A DNA stretch of 63,677 nucleotides, the filler included, from Octopus bimaculoides (taxonomy: Eukaryota), in the NCBI RefSeq assembly GCF_001194135.2. It is 6 parts of 5 records of this genome, joined end to end, with 100 filler letters (N's around TTAATTAATTAA, not from the genome) between each part and the next. Parts side by side here need not be neighbours in the genome. Positions count along the whole stretch, not along the records: positions 1 to 27,957 come from NC_068981.1; 5 more parts are not named here. The stretch is one strand, 5' to 3'. The translations under genes were made by a program, and so were the position numbers. Shown here piece after piece: positions 12,530 to 26,299 of this stretch. Position 1 is the first letter of the stretch. Each line of letters opens with the position of its first letter. Under the pieces are notes generated by a model, which did not search any database, was not told the DNA's origin, and worked only from the letters and a program-made list of their open reading frames with translations.

Positions 12530-13801
12530 TCAGGTTGGAAAGAAAATCTCGTCGCATTTTTGACATGATCTTTTTGAGGGCACTTTTACAATACTTACGT
12601 TGAAATAAGCATTAATGCTTTTCTTCATTTCTTTGCAGATTATTTTAAACTGTAGTAGTTAAATTCGTATAGATTTTACCCTTTTAAAATGAGTTTGGAT
12701 CATACTAATATCTGCATGCTGTTTGCAATTCAAAAGCTCTTCAGCAATGGAAGCGGCAGTCAATATTCTTTTCGTCTATGAAAATGAAGCTTTAAATGTC
12801 AGGACATGCCTACGAAGCTTTGGCACGTTTCGCTCGGGAAATTTTTCTCTAGCAGATACCCCTCGATTTGGACGACCAAGTTCTATCAATATTGAACTTC
12901 TGAAAACCATAGCTGAGGAAAATCTAAAGTAAGCAGTATGAGAATTAGCAAAATACTTCGATCATAAAACACTTCTATGAACCAGGAAAAGTATCTAAAC
13001 TTGGCCAGTGAGTCCCTCTTCATCTGAGTGCTTCTCAGCTTAATCAAAAAAGTTTCCTTCTACTCATCGTTGTAAAGTTGACTTGCTACCGAACCTTCAT
13101 TGAGTAGAATCAGCACATTGAATATTTTCTGACTAATACAAATTACAAATTACCCTTCCGTTATATAATCATACCCAACGAAAATAATGTTTAAGTACCT
13201 ATGAAAAAGGAGAATCCATCTCCAAACCAGAATTACGCCCGAAGAAAGTTATACTCTGTGCTTTGGTGGGTTATGAAGGGCGTCGTCTAAAATGTCAAAC
13301 CAAAGTGAAATAGTTAATGCGAAGTATTGTCGTCAATTGGAAGCATTGTACAAAAGTTTGCAGAAAAAGTGCCCATCATTGGTCAATGGTAAAAGGGTGT
13401 TGCTCTTACACGATAATGAAAGATCACATATTACTCAAGTCACTCAGGAAGAGATTACGACTCTAAATATGGAAGTTTTGCCTCGTCCTCCATACTCTTC
13501 TGATCTTGCTCCATCTATCATCCTTTCAGATCACTGCAAGACTATTTAGAAGGAAAACAATTTATTAATTATGACGAGGTTAAAGATGATATCGTGTGTT
13601 TGTTTGCTTCGAAACCTAATAATTTTACGGCCGAAAAATTAACAATTTGCCAAAATGATGGGATTGATTTATCAAGAGAAAACATCTTAACTGAACATAG
13701 CAATCAAAACCTGGGAAATATCCTGACTAAATATATCAATCAAAACTTAAGAAGCATTTGTTTCCTTCCCATCTTAAAATGCGACTTTGTTTCCCGCCTA
13801 A
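12530..13801 (+). mobile_element. Second full-length, more decayed mariner (1272 bp)
   Basis: TA|tcaggttggaaagaaaatctcgtcgcatttt at the left; the right end reads in reverse complement TA|ttaggcgggaaacaaagtcgcatttt. Length is typical of mariner. Confidence 0.85.
12689..13700 (+). pseudogene. Mariner transposase pseudogene
   Basis: FRSGNFSLADTPRFGRP; KYCRQLEALYKSLQKKCPSLVNGKRVLLLHDN; LPRPPYSSDLAPS. Multiple stops and frameshifts. Confidence 0.88.
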
Positions 13802-14279
13802 TACGAAGCTATATATAGATATGTAATGACCCTATATTTTATGTACCGAATGTTAATAGACAGTATGTATAGAGTTGAACGTTGTGATATCTCTATGCGT
13901 TGTATTGTATACAATTGAAGGGTAATTTGCAATTTGTATCAGATAGAAAAGATTCAATGTTGAAATTGCTATTTTGTTTACATATATACACACACACGTA
14001 TATACGTATGTATATATACATATACATATATATACATATATACATATATATATATANNNNNNNNNNNNNNNNNNNNNNNNNNNNNNNNNNNNNNNNNNNN
14101 NNNNNNNNNNNNNNNNNNNNNNNNNNNNNNNNNNNNNNNNNNNNNNNNNNNNNNNNNNNNNNNNNNNNNNNNNNNNNNNNNNNNNAATATATATAATATA
14201 TATTATATATATCTAATATATATATTATTATATATATATATTATATATATATATATAAAATTAAATAAGGTATTATCAC

Positions 14280-14324
14280 CATTATTGTTATTATTATTAT
14301 CATTATCATTATTATTATTATTAT

Positions 14325-14366
<42 letters not shown>
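14280..14366. repeat. (ATT)n/(ATC) switching to (AAT)n microsatellite
   Basis: Directly visible. Confidence 0.9.
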
Positions 14367-14367
<1 letters not shown>

Positions 14368-14599
14368 GTGGCCAGCAAGTTTAAACCTGTTTAGGTAAAA
14401 TATACAAATAAATTAAGTAGGATATCAGGATACCACTTGCTAGAAATAGGAGCTAACATGCCAAAGCCGCAAATTTCTCACTATTAAAATACACACGGTC
14501 AATGCAACAAATATAACAAATAGGCTTACCTTGTATAAACTACGGAAGCAAGAAAGACAGATACATACACACACATACATAAATATAATTAACATTGTG

Positions 14600-15008
14600 T
14601 ATTGACTGTGTGTTAAGTAGCTTGCTTACCAACCACATGGTTCTGGGTTCAATCCCACTGCGGGCCGACCAAAGCCTTGTGAGTGGATTTGGTAGATGGA
14701 AACTGAAAGANNNNNNNNNNCAAAGCCTTGTGAGTGGATTTGGTAGATGGAAACTGAAAGAAGCCCGTCGTATATATGTATATGTATATATATGTGTGTG
14801 TTTGTGTGTCTGTGTTTGTCCCCGCAACATCGCGTGACAACCGATGGTGGTGTGTTTACGTTCCCGTATCTTAGCGGTTCGGCAAAAGTGACCGATAGAA
14901 TAAGTACTAGGCTTCCAAAGAATAAGTCCTGGGGTCAATTTGCTCGACTAAAGACGGTGCTCCAGCATGGCCGCAGTCAAATGACTGAAACAAGTAAGAG
15001 AAAAAGAG
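14600..15008 (+). mobile_element. tRNA-headed SINE family B (near full length, small internal deletion)
   Basis: Head ...cttgcttaccaaccacatggttctgggttcaatccc, an internal TA/TG microsatellite, and tail ggtgctccagcatggccgcagtcaaatgactgaaacaagt. Confidence 0.9.
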
Positions 15009-15059
15009 AAAATATGTATGTATATATATATATATATGTATGTATATATATACCAGTAA

Positions 15060-15850
15060 GTTTAGAGTTCCCTTGTCAGAACGGCATTAAACGGAGGCTT
15101 TCATGAAAAAAATATAAGTTCCAGAATCATTTGAAATTTTGTAGAGATCATAAGAGCTGGACAAAGGAGGACTGTATTAAAGTCATGTTTAATAATGAAA
15201 CATATATCAGCAATTTGTATCTAGTGTTTCTTTCATTCGTCGTCAGAGCACAGTAGCAAAAGTCAAGCAATGTCAATCACTTATGATACGGGGGTCATTT
15301 CTGCAAAGGGAAGAACTCGTATTTGGACAATGTGTTAAGGTACAACTACATCAATTGTAACTACCAAACTGTAAAACTTACCTGGGTAATCTGAAGAAGA
15401 AGTTGCCTACTCAGTCATCCATTACAGTGCCATATTCCAAAAGAATAGTAGCTTAGAGATAACATTATTATTTCTCTCTTTTTTTGGGGGGGGGGGATGG
15501 CCAGGATCATTGCCTGACCTGAACCCCATAGAAAATTCATGGGATCATATAAAAACGAAAATTGCTGCTCAAAATGCTTCATCGATAATTTCAAATATAA
15601 GCAGGCGATACTTCAGCTCTGACCACAGGAGATAACAAAAATTACTGCAAGAATTTGGTTGAAACCCTGCTTCATCACATAAACGCTGCATAAGAAGCAA
15701 AGAGACATCATATCAAGTATTGTGTAGTATAACATTCATGTTTGTACTTTTGTAAACTGTTCTAAGCTTATTTGCTTATTTTAATATATGATATATTTTT
15801 GGTTTTTCATCTACCGTCTAGATGTGTTCAAACGTTTGACAAACATGCCC
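15060..15850 (+). mobile_element. Decayed Tc1-like transposon, 3' part
   Basis: WPGSLPDLNPIENSWDHIKTKI at 15498-15563 matches the Tc1 WPxxSPDLNPIENLW motif. A Tc1-like terminal sequence tgttcaaacgtttgac lies near 15825-15840. Confidence 0.75.
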
Positions 15851-16014
15851 GACCATTGTCATTTCTGAAGTAATGAAACCAATACTAGTTCGCATTAAAA
15901 CCCAGTTTATATTAAACGATCTTTATCGCTCACATCTCAAAAGATGGAATACTATTTTAGTTGATCCCACCTCTAACAGAACAGTCTCTCTCTCTCTCTA
16001 TATATATGGTTTGT

Positions 16015-16376
16015 TTGTTGGCACTCCGTCGCTTACGACGTCGAGGGTTTCAGTTGATACGACCAATTAACGTGCAAGTGGCTGAGCACTCCACAGACAC
16101 GTGTACCCTTAACGTAGTTCTCGGGGATATTCAGCGTGACACAGTGCGACAAGGCTGACCCTTTGAATTACAGGCACAACAGAAACAGGAAGTAAGAGTG
16201 AGAGAAAGTTGTGGTGAAAGAGTACAGTAGGGTTCGCCACCATCCCCTGCCGGAGCCTCGTGGAGCTTTAGTTGTTTTCGCTCAATAAACACTCACAACG
16301 CCCGGTCTGGGAATCGAAATCGCGATCCTATGACCGTGAATCCGCTGCCCTAACCACTAGGCCATTGCGCCTCCAC
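16015..16376 (-). mobile_element. tRNA-headed SINE family C, full length
   Basis: Reverse complement of 22753-23131; A box tggcctagtgg, B box tttcgattccc, tail gagtgccaacaa. Confidence 0.92.
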
Positions 16377-16439
16377 ATATATATGGTTATACATACATAT
16401 ACATGCATATGTATGCGTGTGTATATATTTGTTGTTTGG

Positions 16440-16585
16440 GGCACCACTTTGAAGAGTTCTAGTCGAACGAATCGACCCTAGTACTTAGTTTATCGGTATA
16501 TTTTGCCGGGCAGCTAAGTTACAGGGACATATACAAACCAGTACCAGTTGGAGACACGCACCAACACAAACACACACACATGTAA
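16440..16585 (-). mobile_element. SINE family B, degenerate 3' half
   Basis: gcaccactttgaag...agtcgaacgaatcgaccctagtactt...gctaagttacagggacat. Confidence 0.65.
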
Positions 16586-17124
16586 ATGTNNNNNNNNNNT
16601 ATACATGTGTGTGACTGAATATGAATAAATGTGTTTGCATGCCTATGTGTATGTGTATGTGTCCATGTGTGTGTACTGTTTCACGTATTTGATTGAAAAG
16701 CGCCAAAAGTGAGGTGGTCCTGCTGACCATACGGAAGGGTTTCCAGTATTGTGGTTGATTTAGAAGAGCTTGCAAAAACCTCTGTGTAGCTCCTGCATTT
16801 TGTGCGTGGTGTAAAACATCTCTGATGTTTATTTCACCTATTAAATTCTACTGTTATGTCATAATCACTTGTGACGCAACTATATGTATGTATGTATGTA
16901 TGTATGTATGCATGTATACATACATATATACTTGCGTTTCTTTGCATGTATTAGTATTCGTGTGTACGTGAAATTTTCTCTCTTCCTACCATCTTAATTT
17001 TCTTTTGTCTCGTTTCCTCCACTGGTTAAATGTTGTTCACACACAAAAAAGGCATATACACAAATACATGTATAAAGATAGATAGGTAGATTGATAGATA
17101 GGTAGATTGATAGATAGGTAGATT

Positions 17125-17193
<69 letters not shown>

Positions 17194-17256
17194 GTGTATG
17201 CATGTCTATGCTTATATACATCATTTCTAAAATGTCGTTTTTAATTTTCGCTTCAA

Positions 17257-17424
17257 CATTCTTTCAAAATATCTCTTAAATATTCCATATCAGCATTCTT
17301 TCAAAATATTCTTTGAACATATATCAATTCCAAAATATCGTATTAAATATTTTGTCTCCACGTTCTTTCAAAATAACTTTTAAATATTCCATCTCAGCGT
17401 TCTTTCAAAATATCATTTAAATAC
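17257..17424 (+). repeat. Imperfect ~37-bp minisatellite, 4-5 units
   Basis: c(a/g)ttctttcaaaata at 17257, 17294, 17361 and 17398, with a degenerate unit at 17325; spacings 37/31/36/37. Confidence 0.8.
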
Positions 17425-18303
17425 ATACATATATATATATATATCACTTGCAAAACAAAATATCGTTTGAAATAAACAAGATTAACAACTTATAATATAC
17501 CCAAAGATGAAATATATCGAAAGATAAAGAATTTTAAAAAAATATCCAACAATTACGAACAGAATATCCAACAATTACGAACAGAAAATACAACAACGGA
17601 CGAAGAAAAAATATTATATCCCAAAATGAATATACAATTATTTAACAAAGAGAGCAAAAAATTGATGTAGAATAAATATCCTAATAAACAAACATACACC
17701 CAAAATAAGTGGAAACAGAATGTACAAGAGATAAAACCCAAATAGAAAGCCTAAGAATGGAAAGAAAACACAAAAACAAAACATAGACAAAGAGTAAGAT
17801 GGCCAAAAATGACAACAAATGAAGATACAGGAAATAACCAAAGATGAATCCGACTAAAAATACAATATTAAAAAAAAAAAATAATAATAATAAAGAAAAC
17901 AGCAAAAATATAAACAATTCACTTCAAAGAACGTTGAACTAGGTGTTTTTATATATAACGTAAATACATCTTTAAAACATAAATAATCCAATTTTTGTCA
18001 TTATTTCCGTTGTTTTGTTGTACTGGTTCAGCTAAAGATACTTTTTCAACACCGCGTGGGGTTTATACATACATATATACACATGCATGCAAATTCGCCA
18101 GTTGTAGCGACGTGGACCATCATGTTATTCTTAAGAATGACTGATGACTTGCGCGATGACTTTGTTTGAAGCGATTCCTATTTTATTAAAAAAGCACATT
18201 ATATTTTTATGATAAAATATTATTAGGAATTGTATTAAAAAATTGTTAAAATATTTTGTGAATCGCAGAAGTACGTAAAACAAAGTTATTGCAGATAAAT
18301 TTT

Positions 18304-18514
18304 GGTTTCAAATTTTGGCACAGTGCAGGCAATTTCGGGGGAGGGGTACATCGATTACATCGACCCCAGTGCTCAACTGGTACTTATTTTATTGACTTCG
18401 AAAGGATGAAAGGCAGAATCAACCTCGGCCGAATTTGAACTTAGAACGTACAAACAGACAAAATGCTGCTAAGCATCTTGCCCTGTGTGCTAACGGTTCT
18501 ATCAGCTCGCCGCC
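18304..18514 (-). mobile_element. SINE family A, full length, with 11-bp TSD
   Basis: Reverse complement of the family A consensus; agataaatttt at 18293-18303 and 18520-18530. Confidence 0.9.
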
Positions 18515-18551
18515 TAACTAGATAAATTTTAACAACAAAATCTTACATGGA

Positions 18552-18570
18552 CCCCGGTTGAGAACCGCTG
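18552..18570 (-). mobile_element. Isolated hAT/Charlie-like terminal sequence
   Basis: Reverse complement CAGCGGTTCTCAACCGGGG resembles hAT-Charlie TIRs. No partner TIR found by eye. Confidence 0.4.
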
Positions 18571-19696
18571 GTTTAAAGTACAGAAGAGTTGTGCACGGTC
18601 AGCCTCACTCTCTTGTCCCTGACCATCTTCAGTCCACTGGCACAGACTGAGGATGGAAACAGAAGCAGTGGATGACCAAGATGTCTTATTTATTCATCGT
18701 GCTCTCTGCACTTCACAACATGTTGCTGCAGTCACCTTTCTTTCCGTTGAACTATGAAAGTTTCTTCCGCAGAGTCCGCCGGATGCAATCTTCAAATGGG
18801 TCAGAGCAAAACTGGGAACAATAGTAGTTAAGGGGTGGGTCCACAATCTTCAAAAAGCTGGAGCTCCTCAACCAGGGCCCCCACTACCAGATGCGGCTTA
18901 GATTTATATCCAGGACATACATACATACATACAAGCTATATGATGGCTGCCCTCTCAGTTTCGAACGTAACAACACTCCTTTGATCTGCGTTAGTACATT
19001 TTAAGGATCATGAACATAATGTAACTGTTCAAACCTGCCAATCAGCGCTACTTTTTACTGCATGTTGAGTACTACCACCTAATTGTATTTACATGAACAA
19101 TGCTAAAGTTTTTTCAAAATTTTTTTAATAAAATTACTTCAAGTTTACATACAAGGTTTACGAGACCAGCTAGCGAGAGAAAACTGTATCACATACATCA
19201 CACGTGTATTGAATTGTGTTGCAAAGCAGAACAACTTGATCTTTTCGAATATGAACGTTTGCACGAAGAAGAGTAAATACGATTTCTTTTACAAATCTTT
19301 GTGCTCTGTGTTATGTCTATCTCTGTCTGTCTGTCTCTGTCTCTCTCTTCAGCATTCTCGGTTTTCTGCAACACGACCTCAACATCTACAAAATTTGACA
19401 CTTAGGCCGGATTTTAATTAATCCTTGCACCTAAGCTTTTGGTTTTGAAGGTCTGTGTTTGCTATTCTGTGAATCTCCAGATAACACTTGTTTCGGGGAT
19501 GGTGAACTGTTTATGCTAACTAAATGACCACATCAATTTAGACAGTCTTTTTTTTTTTTACATGATTAGAGTCTCTATACTAGACAGCGCAAATGAACAA
19601 CATACCATGCATCCTCCTAAACTAAAGAAGAGACGTGATCAGTACCAGGCGTAACTCGAGTAGACTGGCACACTATTTGATATAATAAACACGGAA

Positions 19697-19727
<31 letters not shown>

Positions 19728-20504
19728 TGTATCATCATCGTTTAACGTCCGTCTTCCATACATACATACATACATACATACATACATACATACTCACACA
19801 CACACACACATACACATACACATACATGTATATGTATGAGTCTTACATAAATGCATTCAACGTGGGTACGTATGAATGTATGTATGTATGCAAAGCAAAC
19901 GAATGTCTTAAGTAAATTCTAAACAAGATATCAATGAAAGTAAATAGATTCCTAAGAAACAGTTTCCCTCCCTCTTCATGAATAGTATTCAAACTGACAA
20001 TAGATAGATATAATGTAGACAAATAAGGCGAAGTCCAACTAGTTCAGACGAAAAAAAATCATCTTAAACCAGGCTTTATCCTTCACTATATTTACAACAC
20101 AGAATTGTTTGTTTTAAATTTAAAACATAGCCAACATAGAAAGCTTTTAAAACTCGTTTGACCTTTGTTTTACATACAATAAAAATAATAAAAATGGCCA
20201 TTAGTCCATTAGTTAATTAAATATAATCTAATATGCAAGTTTACTGTGTATGAACTTGGGTTATTATTGAGTTTTGTTTTTTTGTTTTTAAATTGTTTTT
20301 GCACTTTATCTATATGACTGTTTTGTCTGGTCATTTAGATAGATAAAAGTTTGAGGTTGTTATAGTCATTCTTAATGATGATGACGTTGACGATGACGAT
20401 GATGATGCTGTAGTTCTTTATGATGATGATGACGGATGATGGTGATGATGATGACAGTGGTGCTGGTGATAGAAGTGAACATGGTCATGTGATGAAGATG
20501 ATGC

Positions 20505-21423
<919 letters not shown>

Positions 21424-21482
21424 CATTATTGTTATTATAATTATAGTAATGGTGGTAGTAGTGGTGAGCCTGGGGTACCATC

Positions 21483-21607
21483 TAAAAGAATTTTAGTTGA
21501 ACGAATTGACCACAGTACTTATTATTAAACCTGGTACTCATTCTATAACCGCTAAGTTACGCGGGGATAAACACATCAATACCGGTTGTCAAGCGGTGGT
21601 GGAAAGT

Positions 21608-21641
<34 letters not shown>

Positions 21642-21772
21642 CGGATTTTTCAATTTCCGCTAACCAACTCTGCTCGAGGCTATAGTAGAAGACATTTTCC
21701 CGAGGTGCCACTCAGAGGGACTGAACCTGGAACTATGTAGTTGGGAAGCAAACTTCTTACCACACAACCACG
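21483..21772 (-). mobile_element. SINE family B, degenerate
   Basis: accgctaagttacgcggggataaacac...gctatagtagaagacattttcccgaggtgccactcagagggactgaacc...cttaccacacaacca. Confidence 0.8.
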
Positions 21773-22711
21773 TGTTTAGACCAAATTCCAATAAATTCCC
21801 TGTTAAGCGATAATTTTCCCGTAGGGGCTCCCTAAAAGTACCTGCAGATGCTAGGATTACACAATTTTAGGGACTATGTTATGTATGTATAGAAAATTAA
21901 GAATATGGAATTAAGCTAAAAGAAAAAGTCACAAAAATGTATTTGCATATAATTTAGCCTATTTCCTCACAGAACCCTTAGTGACCTCCACGGATGGAAT
22001 CCTGGTTGGGAATGCTCTTCAAGGTCAGTCGATCTGCTAGAAATAACTGCCGAACTTTCTTCAAATCGAACATTGTCTTAAATGAAAACAAACGAGAAAA
22101 AATTCATTTTACATAATGTTGTTCTACATACCTCTGAAAGACGGGAATGGCACGACAGGGTTCTTCAGATTAATGATCTACTCAGTGTTCACTTGGGGCT
22201 AAACAATACACACACACACTGGCACACACACGCGCACGCACACACACACACACACGCACACACACACACACACACACACGCATATAAACACTTACAAATT
22301 ACAAAATGAAACAATAAAAAAGTAAAAACCTGAGACAGCGAGGAGGATCCTAAGTGGTCGCTCGTGGGTTAGCCACGACTGGAAAATCTTCGATTATAGT
22401 TCTGATTAACCAGGATTGATCTGGGTTATACAACAACAAATATTTAAAAATCAATCTCAATGTTTATAATTCTCAGTTTAAAGCCACATCTTTGTTTTGA
22501 ACGATCCTCTACATATGGGATCTTAATCCTACCTATATGGAATTCTTGGAGGAGAACAGCTTTAGTTTTTTGCAATTCTACATGAGCTTATTCATTCTTA
22601 TAAGATTATTAATTTGAAATAATAGCAGTAATGTCGAATCAGAGTAGGTGGTTAACTACTATTCTACATACCTCTGCACATTAATTACTGTCTTGAGTTT
22701 TGAAACTCATA

Positions 22712-23518
22712 GGGGCCGGTTAACAGGTTTCCATGGTGTATATGTGACCGAGGTGGAGGCGCAATGGCCCAGTGGTTAGGGCAGTGGTTAGGTCATAGGA
22801 TCGCGATTTCGATTCCCAGACCAGGCGTTGTGAGTGTTTATTGAGTGAAAACATCTAAAGCTCCACGGGGCTCCGACAGGGGATGGTGGCGAATCCTGCT
22901 GTACTCTTTCACCACAACTTTCTCTCACTCTTACTTCCTGTTTCTGTTATACTTGTAATTCAAAGGACCAGCCTTGTCACACTGTGTCACGCTGAATATC
23001 CCCGAGAACTACGTTAATGGTACACGTGGCTGTGGAGTGCTCAGCCACTTGCACGTTAATTTCACGAGCAGGCTGTTCCGTTGATCGAATCAACTGGAAC
23101 CCTCGACGTCGTAAGCGACGGAGTGCCAACAATGTGACCGAGATCACAAACATTCCACGTGAACGGGAATCCAGTTCGTTGCAGGGTTTCTCATTAACAG
23201 CTGAGTGGACTGGATCAATGTAAAATGAAGTGTTTTATTCAAGAACGCAGTGCACTGCCTAGTCTGGGAATAGAAGCCACGATCTTGCGAAGGCCGGTTA
23301 CCTGGTTTCCAAGGCGTATATGAGACCGAGACCGCAACATTCCCCCTGAACAGGACGTCAGTCTTCTACAGGGTTACTCATTTACAACTGAATGGACAGG
23401 AGCAACGTAAAATGAAGTGTTTTTCTCAAGATCGCAGCTCAACGCCTATTCTGGGAATAGAAACCACGATCTTGCGATCGTGAGTGCAATGCCCTTACCA
23501 CCAAGCTACACGTCTTCA
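22712..23518 (-). mobile_element. Two tandem SINE family D copies; the first is interrupted by a SINE C insertion
   Basis: Copy 1 = 22712-22752 plus 23143-23289; copy 2 = 23290-23518. Shared gctgagtggactgga...aatgaagtgttt...ctgggaatagaa(g/a)ccacgatcttgcga. Confidence 0.8.
22753..23131 (+). mobile_element. SINE family C, full length, with 11-bp TSD
   Basis: A box tggcccagtgg, B box tttcgattccc; TSD atgtgaccgag at 22742-22752 and 23132-23142. Confidence 0.95.
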
Positions 23519-23534
23519 TCTCTGTTTAGATTAA

Positions 23535-23742
23535 CCCATTAATGTTTGAACCGGCCATAACCGGCGAAAATGTTCTATGTTTTATGCTAAAACTGACCAA
23601 ACCTAATCTCTCACATCTTCCCTACAATGTCATTCTAAAAGTATACAAAGGCACAATCGAAATCTTGAAGCTACAACATTAATTAAAAACAATGGAAATA
23701 AATAAGCATTACATTTGACAAAGAAATCTGAACTCTAGAAGA
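23535..23742 (+). mobile_element. ~210-bp TTAA-flanked MITE (piggyBac-type ends)
   Basis: TTAA|cccattaatgtttgaaccggccata...tctagaaga|TTAA. An inverted homologue lies at 26300-26515. Confidence 0.7.
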
Positions 23743-23814
23743 TTAATGTTTACAATTCATCTTAATAAGTGAAGCAGTAAGTTCCCCTGGACGTTATTGT
23801 CTCGAAACCTAGAA

Positions 23815-24146
23815 CTCATAAGACGGGTTATCCAGTTTCTATGGCCTACAAGCAATCGAGATCACAGCTTTCCTCTAAACAGGATACCAGTTCGTCGCAG
23901 AGTTACACTTTTACAGCCGAGTGGATTGGAGCAACGTGAAATGAAATGCTTGGCTCTAGAAAACTACATCGAGTCCTACGACTCACAAGACTTTTCAGTC
24001 GGGTCCTATGGCCTATAAGTGATCGAAATCACAGATTTCCCCCTGAACAGGACGCCAAGCTAAGTGGAATGAAGCGGGAATCGAAACCAAAATCGGTCTG
24101 GGAATCGAAACCGCGATCTTGCTTACCACTAAGCTACGCGCCTTCA
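23815..24146 (-). mobile_element. Two further degenerate SINE D copies
   Basis: ttacagccgagtggattggagcaacgtgaaatgaaatgctt; ttccccctgaacaggacgcc; ggaatcgaaaccgcgatcttgcttaccactaagctacgcgccttca. Confidence 0.7.
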
Positions 24147-24757
24147 TCTCTTTTCTAAAATGGAACAATATTTTTAAAAAGTATTTTTAAAATGTATGTT
24201 CTCAGATACTTTAAATGATTACATTCATGTCTTCCCATTTTTGAGAATAGAATTCTTATATTTTTTTCTGTCTTTTATTTATCTAACTATAAGAAGGATC
24301 AGAGATTTAACTAGGGGTCCTACTGAGAATTCCATAAAAATATATTCATGTAACTATAGGGATATCGCCAACCTACGATGTAGCTAATTAAAAAACAAAA
24401 AAAAAAACAACAACAACAGCACAAAAAAGCCTCATACTGTATGACGTTGGTATACCGACTTAGCAACGTACTGTTATCAACGCACACATATATACGACAG
24501 ATACTAATTAACAGCTAACTGATGTGCACTGATATATCGATAAGGCTGTAATAATCAACACAGCAGCTCTCACCAAAATCGACAGTGGTGCCACATATAG
24601 AGCGATAGGCAACACTGTGTTACAAACAAAGGGGCTACTCATTACGGAGATACCGTTGTCGGAAATATGAACCCGCAGACATCAATAGGAGCTGATGCAC
24701 TGCTTAACTAAAACAGCAACACTCGCCAGCAGGGATGCAAGAATTTCAATATCTGAT

Positions 24758-24791
24758 CCAATCAGCTTTGTCCAATAAATGCGCATGCGCA
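24758..24791. promoter_or_regulatory. Paired CCAAT boxes plus NRF1-type palindrome TGCGCATGCGCA
   Basis: CCAATCAG 24758, CCAAT 24772 and TGCGCATGCGCA 24780-24791, at the edge of a unique, GC-richer stretch (24420-24760). The motif abuts a microsatellite. Confidence 0.3.
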
Positions 24792-24988
24792 CACACTCAC
24801 ATATGCACACATCTTTGTGTCTCTGCATTTATACACGCACAATTACTATGTACTAATAGATATGTACAAATATATTTTTATATGCGATATATATATATAC
24901 ATACGTGTGTATGTGTGCGCGCGCGTATGTACGGGTGAATACACTCATACACACACACACACGCCAATGCATACGCACATACATACAT

Positions 24989-25043
<55 letters not shown>

Positions 25044-26299
25044 NNNNNNNNNNNNNNNNNNNNNNNNNNNNNNNNNNNNNNNNNNNNNNNNNNNNNNNNN
25101 NNNNNNNNNNNNNNNNNNNNNNNNNNNNNNNNNNNNNNNNNNNNNNNNNNNNNNNNNNNNNNNNNNNNNNNNNNNNNNNNNNNNNNNNNNNNNNNNNNNN
25201 NNNNNNNNNNNNNNNNNNNNNNNNNNNNNNNNAAACTCATACGTTTTCAATTTACAAATTTAGTGTTCAGCATATTAGTATTTTTATCATTTAAAAAATA
25301 ATGAGAATTTGAAATTTCAAACTTTCGCAAGTAAGATAACATATTTGTAAATTATCAATTCTAAAACGGATATTTAGAACGGAGGGACCTAGAGTAAAGA
25401 ATAAAACCTTGTCTTAGTTAACTCAAATTGGTTACCTCGAAGGAAAGAAATTTCATATCATATTGTAACTTATCTAAAAATGACGGAAATTTGCAAATTT
25501 CAACAGGACGGGGCTAATCAAACCTGCCAAATTTCTAGTACAAATAATTAGAAAATTGTCATAGTCGTGTAACTCCATGCTAACGTTGATGAAGTCTTAT
25601 GGCACGCAGTTTGTCGGCGGCATGTCGAGGCGTGACTCACTTTTCACTTTGCTAGTGAGGTAGGTGAACCCACCTAGTTAAGGCTGTACAATCCAAAAAG
25701 TAATTTATAAATCAAATTGTTATTGTTGCTTAACACCTCCAGAAAGATTTCATCGAGAAGACATATGATCAAAGGCGTTCCATCTTTGATCATCCCATCG
25801 TTTGGCGTGTATGTCAGGGAGTGCATTGTCTATCAGGGGCTACATATTTTCTATCTAAAACAGTAGCGTGTAATTTGGAAGAGGATTGGCTGCTATTCCT
25901 AGCAGATCGTGTTATCGATTAACGGGTAATCAAGTTATTTGAATATGTGGATATATATATTGCGTTGACAAGACCCGTCTAAAGCCCAGACGCTAGCGAA
26001 AAAATAAACGTATTTGTAAAGCTCGGAATTGCCTTGCGCTCGGCTCCCCACCGCAAAGTTAACAAGAGTGGACTGCACCACAAAATCAGGTGGTGAATAA
26101 GCAGAGTTGTTAGAGCATACTTTTTACCAGGTCTGTGTGTTCTGAGTTCGAATGTTGCCGGAGTCAGCTTCGCATTTCATGATTTCGGATTCGATAAAAT
26201 AAAGTATCTGTTCTGGTTGGTGAAGTGGTAGAATTTTTAAGTACAGGACGAGTTGTTTCGGCACTTTTTGCGTTCCGAGTTCTTGGATAGGTGACATAA

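Noticed and set aside
17257-17424. CRISPR-like appearance of a conserved ~14-bp motif with ~37-bp period
   Set aside because: The intervening parts are themselves similar to each other, the repeat is short, the context is eukaryotic and there are no cas genes. It is a minisatellite.
22753-22830. tRNA-like sequences with A and B boxes (also at 28884, 44670-44741, 46000-46052, 57290-57353)
   Set aside because: They are SINE heads continuing into repeat bodies, with no complete cloverleaf or acceptor stem.
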